Shown: positions 28,087 through 35,612 of the stretch, piece after piece | How the letters are laid out: the number at the start of each line of letters is the position of its first letter | Position numbering within the stretch: the stretch's first letter is position 1 | Source: Candidatus Berkelbacteria bacterium CG_4_9_14_3_um_filter_39_23 | Lineage (GTDB): Bacteria; Patescibacteriota; UBA1384; GWA2-35-9; CG2-30-39-44 | DNA length: 44,375 bases | Direction: 5' to 3' | Assembly (NCBI GenBank): GCA_002789815.1 | Contig: PFTZ01000046.1 | Location: 1-44,375 of the forward strand | Made by a program: the position numbers and the translations under genes | The notes under the pieces: model-generated | The model's input: the letters and a program-made list of their open reading frames with translations, nothing else | Database searches by the model: none | Told to the model about the DNA's origin: nothing

Positions 28087-28932
28087 TTAAAATAAAGATT
28101 TGAGTTTTAAATTCATTACTCTTTCGTAACTTTTTGATATTTCATAACCGACATAATTTCTTTTTAATTCTTTGGCAATTTTTAATGTTGTGCCAGAACC
28201 AGCAAAGGGGTCCAAAACCGTATCGCCGACATATGTAAATAATCTAACACAACGCCTAACGATTTCTTCGGGCATTATTGCCGAATGCTCGCCAAAGGCC
28301 AAATCGCCTTTCCCCGGAATTGGTATGTTCCAAATTTGTTTTGTAAATTCTACCCATTCTTTTTCAGTCAATTTGCTTTTTTCTTTTATATCTTTTGGCA
28401 AATTATTTTCGGAAGGTCCATCTTTTACATAAACAGTAATAAATTCAATTGTATTTTGAGCATAAAAATTTCTTGGGTAAGGATAACTACCAAACATCAA
28501 TTTTTTACTCGGATTTGTTCTGTTCCAAATAAATACATCAAGCAGGAATAGTCCCGTGCCGTTCAATATTGAGTGTTCAATATCGCTGTTAATGTCAAAT
28601 ATGTGGCGATTAAAATGTGTGTCTAAAACCTTTTTGAACATTGGCATTAGTGGAGTGTTGACGACTAATTTTCCATTTGGCTTTAATACTCTTTCGCATT
28701 CTTTCCAAACCTGCAACATTTCATTAACATATTTTTTATAATCCGCAATGTCGCCAATTTGTCCACGAATTTTTTCTGACCTTTTATCTTTTTGATAACC
28801 GTCAAGGGAATAATCTTTTATATTGAAATATGGCGGACTAGTAACGACCAATTGGACAGAATTGTCTGGCAATTCTGTCATTTTTCTTGCGTCTTTAAAA
28901 AATAATTTGTTTAAATAATCCATAAAATCCAT
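28087..28932 (-). CDS. Beta-class N4-cytosine/N6-adenine DNA methyltransferase (SPPY type)
   Basis: Motif IV 'LVVTSPPYFN' is N-terminal and motif I 'VLDPFAGSGTT' is C-terminal. SPPY is more often seen in m4C enzymes. Confidence 0.9.
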   Translation of the reverse strand: MDFMDYLNKLFFKDARKMTELPDNSVQLVVTSPPYFNIKDYSLDGYQKDKRSEKIRGQIGDIADYKKYVNEMLQVWKECERVLKPNGKLVVNTPLMPMFKKVLDTHFNRHIFDINSDIEHSILNGTGLFLLDVFIWNRTNPSKKLMFGSYPYPRNFYAQNTIEFITVYVKDGPSENNLPKDIKEKSKLTEKEWVEFTKQIWNIPIPGKGDLAFGEHSAIMPEEIVRRCVRLFTYVGDTVLDPFAGSGTTLKIAKELKRNYVGYEISKSYERVMNLKLKSLF

Positions 28933-29039
28933 TTTATTAAATTATCAACGCTAACTTCAAGGGCTTTTGCAAGTTTATTAAGTGTGTCTAATGTTGGATT
29001 TTGATTTTTGCCATCTTCAATTTTTCGGAAGTCAGATTT
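28913..29039 (-). pseudogene. N-terminally truncated Cro/C1 (XRE)-type HTH remnant (controller-protein-like)
   Basis: The minus-strand frame reads 'KSDFRKIEDGKNQNPTLDTLNKLAKALEVSVDNLIKWILWII*'. This matches the C-terminal half of HTH_3 domains (..isriErGkrnPsldtLlklakaLgvsvdeL). There is no start codon or N-terminal helices. The frame begins at the tRNA-Ile 3' end and overlaps the M gene ATG. Confidence 0.5.
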
Positions 29040-29116
29040 TGGTGGGCGCGGATGGACTCGGACCATCGACCTCTTCATTATCAGTGAAGTGCTCTAACCA
29101 ACTGAGCTACGCGCCC
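29040..29116 (-). tRNA. tRNA-Ile (anticodon GAT), CCA encoded, non-canonical T-loop
   Basis: The reverse complement folds as GGGCGCG-TA-GCTC-AGTTGGTTA-GAGC-A-CTTCA-CTGATAA-TGAAG-AGGTC-GATGG-TCCGAGT-CCATC-CGCGCCC-A-CCA. The T-loop is TCCGAGT, with C where the near-universal U55 is expected. Confidence 0.85.
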
Positions 29117-29180
29117 ATTATAATCTCAAATTGTGCTTGTTGTTATTTTCTACTCGTCTTTTTATTCCCGTATCTTCGCC

Positions 29181-29300
29181 TGTCATTCCCGTGAAAACGG
29201 GAATCCAGACAGGGCTGTATCCCCAATCCGAAGCGCTTCGCTTTCGGTTGAGGATGACAAGGGGGTGGAATGATATTTGCGTAAGTTGCGCAATATTCTA
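29181..29300. repeat. Dispersed GATGAC-module repeat, copy 2
   Basis: Hairpin 'cattcccgtgaaaacgggaatc' (inverted gtcat module), then the core 29219-29265, which is identical to 54-100. The tail 'aatgatatttgcgtaagttgcgcaat' is related to 129-160. Confidence 0.8.
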
Positions 29301-29414
29301 AAAAATCAAGAATCTAGCATCTAAGTATAATTCTAGCAATTTTGGGGAAAAAATGCAATAATATGGTCCAGAGGATAGAAACCAGATATCAGTTTTCCGA
29401 TAAAATTTGAAGCA

Positions 29415-29894
29415 ATGCTTTTAACTACCCATATTTTAATCGGGGGAGCGATCGGACAAGCGGTGGGCAATGCGCCACTTGGTTTTGCATTAGGCGCAGT
29501 ATCTCATTTTGCGCTGGACGCTATTCCGCATTTTGATCCGGGAATATGGAGTGATGTCACCAAGGAAAGTGGCGAAAATATTTGGGACAAAAAAATATGG
29601 GCTTTTGTCGCGGTGGATTTATTAGCAACACTCGGATTACTAATCGTGTTGCTCCCGCAAAGTTTATCGCTTCCATTTATCGCTGGCGCTTTAGGTGGCG
29701 CGTCAGTTGATTTGATTGACAATGTGCCATTTTGGCAAAGGAAAATTCACCAAACAAGAATTGGCAAACAGATTGGCAAATTTCACAATTCACTTCATTT
29801 TGTCAAAAAGGAAATCCTGAGAAAAAATGCCATGGCGCTTCTTGTCGTCCAAGTTGTAATTATCGGATTGATTTTTTGGCTGATTGAGCTATAA
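29415..29894 (+). CDS. Membrane protein, possibly YdjM/DUF457-like membrane-bound hydrolase
   Basis: 159 aa, 4-5 TM. N-terminal 'MLLTTHILIGGAIG' and 'HFALDAIPHFD' His-rich motifs resemble that family (from memory). No clear SD. Confidence 0.4.
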   Translation: MLLTTHILIGGAIGQAVGNAPLGFALGAVSHFALDAIPHFDPGIWSDVTKESGENIWDKKIWAFVAVDLLATLGLLIVLLPQSLSLPFIAGALGGASVDLIDNVPFWQRKIHQTRIGKQIGKFHNSLHFVKKEILRKNAMALLVVQVVIIGLIFWLIEL

Positions 29895-29903
29895 TAATTC
29901 CAA

Positions 29904-30107
29904 ATGTTCACAAGAATTTTAATTTTTATTGCTTCTTTGGTTTTGGGCTACCTCGGTCTTCGGTATAATTATTGGGTGGTTAAAACCGTTGGCAAAAGTC
30001 AGTGGGTTGAAAATAAATTCGGCGCTGGTATGACATTTGCGGTTTACCAGCTAATGGCTTTGATTATCATTATACTTGGTTTTGCCCACTTGATTGGGGC
30101 TATTTGA
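29904..30107 (+). CDS. Hypothetical small membrane protein (67 aa, 2 TM)
   Basis: ORF with two hydrophobic helices, starting 10 nt after the previous stop. Confidence 0.3.
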   Translation: MFTRILIFIASLVLGYLGLRYNYWVVKTVGKSQWVENKFGAGMTFAVYQLMALIIIILGFAHLIGAI

Positions 30108-30123
30108 AATAATATTTTATCAT

Positions 30124-30195
30124 GGGCTCGTAGTTCAATGGTAGAACGCTTCATTTGCAATGAAGAGGTTGGGGGTTCGATTCCTCTCGGGTCCA
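30124..30195 (+). tRNA. tRNA-Cys (anticodon GCA), no encoded CCA
   Basis: Folds as GGGCTCG-TA-GTTC-AATGGTA-GAAC-G-CTTCA-TTTGCAA-TGAAG-AGGTT-GGGGG-TTCGATT-CCTCT-CGGGTCC-A. Confidence 0.9.
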
Positions 30196-30208
30196 AAAAT
30201 ATACATCC

Positions 30209-30237
30209 TTGACAAAAGCATCAGGGATTTTTAAAAT
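30209..30237 (+). promoter_or_regulatory. Sigma70-like promoter with ~120-nt structured leader
   Basis: TTGACA (30209-30214), a 17-nt spacer, then TAAAAT (30232-30237). The leader contains an imperfect hairpin (ggagttgttgttgag / ctaacaacagttcc) whose loop carries the 17-mer 30274-30290, which is shared with 23593-23609. Confidence 0.55.
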
Positions 30238-30364
30238 AGAAATAGGAGTTGTTGTTGAGCGCGTTTTTGTAGCAATTTGCAGTAAAAATGGCACCTAACA
30301 ACAGTTCCAAAAAGTAGTTGGTCGAGCTATTTATTGTTTTTAAATAATAAAAGGAAAAATAATT

Positions 30365-31057
30365 ATGGATTCATTATCAAATTGGACAACCTCAATTCAA
30401 GATGCTTTACAAGTAATCGTCACCAGAGTGGTTGATTTTATTCCTAATATCTTTGGCGCAACCTTAATTCTAATTTTAGGTTGGGTGCTGGCAGCGCTCC
30501 TTGAGTGGGCTGTGGAAAATATCTTGCGCGCAACTGGTCTGCAAACAGTATTTGAAAGAGCCAAGATAGAGGATATTATTAAAAAAGCTGATACCAAGAA
30601 AGATACATCGGGCGTTATTGGTTCAGTAGTAAAATGGATTGTTATTCTGGTAGCGGTGATGGCAGCGGCTGACACATTGCAAATGCCACAGATTGCCGGC
30701 TTTATCAATGATATTTTAGGCTATGTACCAAGTGTTGTTGGCGCAGCAGTTACTTTGGTTGTGGGAGTAATTTTCGCTCATTTTATGGCGAATGTTATTA
30801 AAGGGGCGGTGACTGCCGCTCAACTAAATTTTGCAGATTTGGCAGCTTCAGCTACCAAATATGCGATTTTGGTTTTTACGATATTAGCAGCGCTGTCTCA
30901 AATGGGCATTGCGACTGTTTTTTTACAGACCTTATTCACTGGGTTTGTTGCAATGATTGCTATTGCTGGCGGATTAGCTTTTGGTCTTGGCGGACAAGCG
31001 TTCGCTAAAGATTCTCTAGAGAAGTTTAAAAAAGAAGTCGAAATCCACAGCAAATAG
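30365..31057 (+). CDS. Membrane protein with repeated 'conserved TM helix' segments (mechanosensitive-channel-associated type)
   Basis: 230 aa, about 5 TM, internally repeated. RBS 'aaaggaaaaataattatg'. The family call is from memory of TM_helix repeats. Confidence 0.5.
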   Translation: MDSLSNWTTSIQDALQVIVTRVVDFIPNIFGATLILILGWVLAALLEWAVENILRATGLQTVFERAKIEDIIKKADTKKDTSGVIGSVVKWIVILVAVMAAADTLQMPQIAGFINDILGYVPSVVGAAVTLVVGVIFAHFMANVIKGAVTAAQLNFADLAASATKYAILVFTILAALSQMGIATVFLQTLFTGFVAMIAIAGGLAFGLGGQAFAKDSLEKFKKEVEIHSK

Positions 31058-31153
31058 TTTGCTATTCAGCTTCCTCACAAGGAGGGGAGAAATTAAGGGC
31101 TATAAAGCTAGCAATTTTTGTATTACAAAATAGAGTATGTCTCGCAAGGTTAT

Positions 31154-31189
31154 ACCAGTAGCAAGAAGGTTTGCTTGGTAATTTTTTTC
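31154..31189 (+). terminator. Rho-independent terminator of the 30365-31057 gene
   Basis: Stem accag(ta)gcaa / ttgcttggt with a 2-nt bulge, then 'aattttttt'. Confidence 0.55.
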
Positions 31190-31193
31190 TTAC

Positions 31194-31223
31194 TTGACAA
31201 GCAATTGTATAATTTGATACAAT
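31194..31223 (+). promoter_or_regulatory. Strong sigma70-like promoter upstream of 23S
   Basis: TTGACA (31194-31199), an 18-nt spacer, then TACAAT (31218-31223). Confidence 0.6.
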
Positions 31224-31315
31224 ACATTTAATGGTAGAGAGAAAAGTAGAAGTAAAAATCAGAAAGGGGGTAAGCGCTTGATAGCAGTTTGAGTTTCGTT
31301 TTTCAGATTGTCATC

Positions 31316-31337
31316 AACCGCTTAATGCGGTTTTTTT
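31316..31337 (+). terminator. Intrinsic-terminator-like hairpin inside the 23S leader (also a reverse GATGAC module)
   Basis: aaccgc-ttaat-gcggtt followed by a 7-T run. On the minus strand it reads hairpin + 'ttgatgacaa', i.e. a member of the dispersed repeat family. Confidence 0.5.
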
Positions 31338-31372
31338 CTCGTCAATTTGTGTATTATTCAGGCGAGGTAAAA

Positions 31373-31385
31373 GTACTTTAACAAT
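31373..31385 (+). promoter_or_regulatory. boxA-like antitermination element (23S leader)
   Basis: 'gtactttaacaat' carries the same CTTTAACAA core as 23799-23807. It is preceded by 'aggcgag' at 31360-31366. Confidence 0.6.
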
Positions 31386-31591
31386 ACGGTTTGATTGTCA
31401 ACAACAATCAAAGTAAGTGTAATAAGAGATCACCAAAAGTGTATGGTGGATGCCTTGGCAAAAAACACCGATGAAGGACGTAGTAGCCTGCGATAAGCTT
31501 CGGGTAGCTGGCAAACAAGCTTTGATCCGAAGATGTCCGAATAGGGCAACCTAACTGCGTAAACCGCAGTTGATCGTGCTTCGCACCCAAT

Positions 31592-31726
31592 CTCAAAATT
31601 TAAACCTTCCCGAAAGCTATCGCTAAAGGGCAGGCAAATCTCAAAGTGACCCCGAACAAATTACTTCGCAATTTTACGGGGTAGACAATGTAAAATTTTA
31701 AATTTTGATTTTGAGTGCGTAGTACG
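31592..31726 (+). other. 23S intervening sequence A (domain I, ~135 nt hairpin insertion)
   Basis: It lies between 'ccgaatagggcaacc...' and 'ggtacccgctgaactgaaacatc', where E. coli has about 40 nt. The base pairs cccaatc (31585-31591) with gattggg (31727-31733). The lower stem is made of 'tctcaaaatttaaa' / 'tttaaattttgattttgag'. Confidence 0.6.
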
Positions 31727-31779
31727 ATTGGGTACCCGCTGAACTGAAACATCTTAGTAAGCGGAGGAAAATAAAACAA

Positions 31780-31876
31780 TAATCCCGTTTTCGGGATAGT
31801 GTTTCGCGTCTCGACTTCAAAATGTTAAATTTCAATTTTTGAGATTTGAGATTTGAATTTTGAGATTGCGAAGCAT
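31780..31876 (+). other. 23S intervening sequence B (~97 nt)
   Basis: It interrupts the stretch equivalent to E. coli 'GAGGAAAAGAAAUCAACCGAGAUUCCCCCAGUAGCGGCGAGCGAA', which reads here as 'gaggaaaataaaacaa[insert]tgtgattccttaagtagcggcgagcgaa'. It contains 'tttgagatttgagatttgaattttgagatt'. Confidence 0.6.
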
Positions 31877-32903
31877 TGTGATTCCTTAAGTAGCGGCGAG
31901 CGAAAGAGGAAAAGTCTAGTATTAACGACGATTGAAATTATTAGCAGAATAAACCTGGAAAGGATAACCAAAGCGGGTGATAGTCCCGTAAGCGAAAATT
32001 GTTTCAATTTAAGTTAATCCGATCCCTGATTTTTATTGGGGTGGCAAGTACTGTCAGACACGTGAAATCTGGCAGGAAGATGGGTGGATCATTATCCAAG
32101 ACTAAATATGTTTTTTGACCGATAGTGAACTAGTACCGCGAGGGAAAGGTGAAAAGTACCCCTAGCCGGGGAGTGAAATAGTACCTGAAACCATACACTG
32201 ACAAGGAGTCGGAGCGCGTTTTGCTTAGGCGAAGCGTGTCACGGCGTGCCTTTTGCAGAATGAGCCAACGAGTTGTCATATTTTGCGAGCTCAAGCTTTT
32301 TTAAGGCTGAGGCGTAGGGAAACCGAGTGTTAATAGCGCGATTAGTAAAATGTGGCAGACCCGAAACCGGGTGATCTATCCATGGTCAGGCTGAACTTCG
32401 CCGAAAGGCGGTAGGGAGGGCCGAACACACCAGCGTTGCAAAACTGGGTGATGAATTGTGGATAGTGGTAAAATGCCTATCGAACCCGGAGATAGCTGGT
32501 TCTCCTCGAAATATATTTAGGTATAGCGTTCCACTGCAACCCTGCAGGTAGAGCACTGGTTCGTGTACGGCGGAGAAATTCGTTGGCACGAGTCAAACTC
32601 CGAATAGCAGGACTCAAAGAGTGGAGCAGTCAGTACGTGAGGGCTAAGCTTCATGGTACAAAAGGGAAACAGCCCAGATCGCAATCTAAGGTCCCAAAAT
32701 AAGATTTAAGTGGGAAAGGAAGTAGTCTACCACAGACAAATAGGAGGTTGGCTTAGAAGCAGCCATCCTTTAAAGAAAGCGTAACAGCTCACTATTCGAT
32801 TTTTCTCAACCCGCCTTTGGCGGGAAGAGAGGTAGATTGCGCCGAAAATTCAACGGGGCTAAAATCTTTACCGAAGATGCGGATGCCATTGCTACGCATT
32901 GGA

Positions 32904-33173
32904 AGCATCAAATAACAACATATAAATAACAAACAAATATCTAATTACACGACTTACGTAAATATCTTTCCGCGTTGTCATTGCAAGGCTCCGCCAGCTG
33001 GCGGAAACAAAGTAATCTGGCAAAATTATATGAGATTGCCACGCCTGTTGGCTCGCAACGACATAATACGTAAGTCGTGTAATTACCAAAATTCAAAATG
33101 ACTGAAGCATATAAATATTTTTTACTTTAGAATTTAGGATTTGTTTGGTTATTGTTTCTTGAAATTTGGAATT
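32904..33173 (+). other. 23S intervening sequence in helix 45 (~270 nt)
   Basis: The extended stem pairs gccattgctacgcattgga (32885-32903) with tccattgcatagcagtggc (33174-33192), where E. coli has a short helix-45 hairpin. Inside is a perfect 19-nt inverted repeat, 32942-32960 / 33067-33085, plus gtcat/gatgac-type modules. A smaller ~31-nt expansion is also present at about 32797-32830. Confidence 0.65.
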
Positions 33174-33822
33174 TCCATTGCATAGCAGTGGCGTGGTAGA
33201 GGAGCGTTCTTTAAGCAGCGAAGCTTCACTGTGAAGTGGGGTGGAGTTTAAAGAAGTGCGAATGTTGGCATGAGTAACGAATTAGCCCGGCGAGAAACCG
33301 GGCCACCAAAAGTCTAAGGTTTCCCCCGCAACGATAATCGACGGGGGGTTAGGCGGGAGCTAAGCTTGCGAAAGCGATGCACAGCAGGTTGATATTCCTG
33401 CCCTGCCATATTTTTAAGATATTATGACGCATTTTTAAGCTATTTTATTGCTATGACTATGTAATAAAATGGGGAGAGAGTGACTAGAAAAGTAATATCT
33501 TGCTAAATTTATGGCATCCGTACCGCAAACCGACGCAGGTAGACGGGTTGAGAATACTAAGGTGATCGAGCAAACTCTCGTTAAGGAACTCGGCAAAAAA
33601 ACGTCCGTAACTTCGGAATAAGGACTGCCCGCCTCTTCGGCGGGCCGCAGCGAACGTTTTCCGGGCGACTGTTTATCAAAAACATAGCTCCATGCTAACC
33701 CGCAAGGGGATGTATATGGGGTGATGCCTGCCCAGTGCTGGAAGGTCACGAGGATTAGTGATACCGTGCTACGCACGGTTGAGCTTTGAATCTAAGCCCC
33801 AGTGAACGGCAGCGGTAACTAT

Positions 33823-34519
33823 TAAATAACGGTTAGTAGTTATAAAATCTGGCCAAATGCTGGAAACTCTTGTCAGGTTATTGGTAGGATTAGAAAATTA
33901 TCTAAACCTAACAATCCAATAAATAGAGACAATCAGCAGGAAAGATTTCATAAAAGGAGAAAAATGGATAATAATATTCAAAAAATTCCCGAGAGAATCG
34001 GATGGTATTTTGCGGAATTTGTTGATGGTGAAGGTAGTTTTAATGTTTCACTTAGAAAAAAGCCTGATTATACAATGCATTGGCAAATATGCCCAAGCTT
34101 TAATATTTCACAGAAAAACAGAGCAATTCTTGCCTTATTTAAACATCATTTAAATGTGGGTATATTAAGCGGAGAGCAGATGGATTGTATGCATACGAAT
34201 AGTGAATCACAAAATGCTAAGTGGTATCATTATCCCATTTTTTAATAAATTTAATTTTTTATCTCCAAATCAAAAAAGAAACTTTTCAATATTTAAGGAA
34301 ATAATTAGGTTAATGGACACAGGGATTCATCTGAGTGAAGAAGGATTCAATAAGATTATTGACCCCAGAGAAATTCTAAACAAAGGTAAAGGTAGAAAAC
34401 GAAAATATGAAAAGGATAATTTAAATTATGAAAAATCCCCAGAGACTATACGCCAGAATCGCCAATAAGGCGATATGATATAGTCCGATCTTTATGGAGA
34501 CATAAAGCTAACATAAATG
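33823..34519 (+). mobile_element. Group I intron in 23S helix 69 (insertion after the U equivalent to E. coli ~U1917)
   Basis: The exons 'cggtaactat|' and '|aaccgttctatggtagcgaaattcc' join to match E. coli 'CGUAACUAU|AACGGUCCUAAGGUAGCGAAAUUCC'. The 5' exon ends in U and the intron ends in G (34519). The core element 'gatatagtcc' (34477-34486) resembles the conserved P7/P3 strand of group I introns. A terminal hairpin lies at 34490-34507. Confidence 0.8.
33964..34468 (+). pseudogene. Single-motif LAGLIDADG homing endonuclease gene, frameshifted
   Basis: SD 'aaaggaga' precedes the ATG at 33964. The LAGLIDADG motif is 'FAEFVDGEGSF'. The family-like sequence continues in three different frames: '..ALFKHHLNVG' (frame 1), 'YIKRRADGLYAYE' (frame 3, 34161-34199), then 'IVNHKMLSGIIIPFFNKFNFLS...' (frame 2, to 34468). 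Confidence 0.8.
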
Positions 34520-34933
34520 AACCGTTCTATGGTAGCGAAATTCCTTGGCGTGTAAGTTACGTCCCGCACGAATGGCATAACGGTCTGGAAACTGTCTCAA
34601 CGAGAGGCTCGGTGAAATTACACTGCCGGTAAAGATGCCGGTTACCCGCGGCAAGACGAAAAGACCCCGTGGAGCTTCACTACAGCTTGGCATTGGTTTG
34701 CTTTGCTAAATGTTTAGTCATAGGTGGGAGGGTGTGTGTAGCACTTGTGCTATACGTATTCAACAATGAAAGACCACCCTTGTAGCGTAGCAAATCTAAC
34801 CCTCGTTAAAACGAGGAGACAGTGTTTGGCAGGTAGTTTATCTGGGGCGGATGACTCCTAAAGAGTAACGGAGTCGCTCAAAGGTTGGCTAGTCCCGTAT
34901 GGAAATCGGGATGATAGTGTAAAGGCAAATGCC

Positions 34934-34964
<31 letters not shown>

Positions 34965-35014
34965 CTGCGAAAGCAGGACTTAGTGATCCTCTATCTTTGA
35001 ATGACAGAGATAGA

Positions 35015-35051
<37 letters not shown>

Positions 35052-35612
35052 GATCGCGCCCAATAGCTCACATAGACGGCGCGGTTTGGCACCTCGATGT
35101 CGGCTCAACGCATCCTGGGGGTGGAGCAGCTCCCAAGGGTTTGGCTGTTCGCCAATTAAAGCGTTACGCGAGCTGGGTTCAGAACGTCGCAAGACAGTTC
35201 GGTCTTAATCTGCCGTGGGCGATCAAAACTTGAGGGAAATTCTCCTTAGTACGAGAGGACCAGGAGGAACAAGCCTCTGGTGTACCAGTTGTGCCATCAG
35301 GCGCATCGCTGGGTAGCTATGCTTGTATGGATAACCGCTGAAAGCATATAAGCGGGAAGCCATGCCCAAGATTAGGTTTTGTTTGAGATCCCCCAAAGAC
35401 GATGGGGTTGATAGGTTAGCGGTCTAAGTCCCGTAAGGGATTCAGCCGTCTGATACTAATCGATCGAAGATTTTTTATTACAACTTTGAATTTTTATAAT
35501 TCAAGGTAAAACTTACTTTGATTTTTGTTGACAATTTCGGCATTTTGATTAAATCGCAAGAAGCGAAATTTTTGTATCTAAGTTTTTGGTTGGTTGCGTA
35601 TAAAAATTTTCT

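Noticed and set aside
28982-29194. 70-aa plus-strand ORF
   Set aside because: It runs antisense through the tRNA-Ile gene and into the repeat element. It has no RBS, so it is spurious.
31408-34693. ORFs 31408-31596, 31825-32007, 32386-32589, 32892-33089, 33435-33776 and 34508-34693 (all minus strand)
   Set aside because: They are inside 23S rRNA or its intervening sequences, antisense, with no RBS.

I checked the 32892-33089 ORF specifically as a possible IVS-encoded protein of the kind found in some helix-45 IVSs. It is only the translation of the gtcat/palindrome repeat modules ('...ASQQAWQSH...SLAMTTRKD'), so I rejected it.
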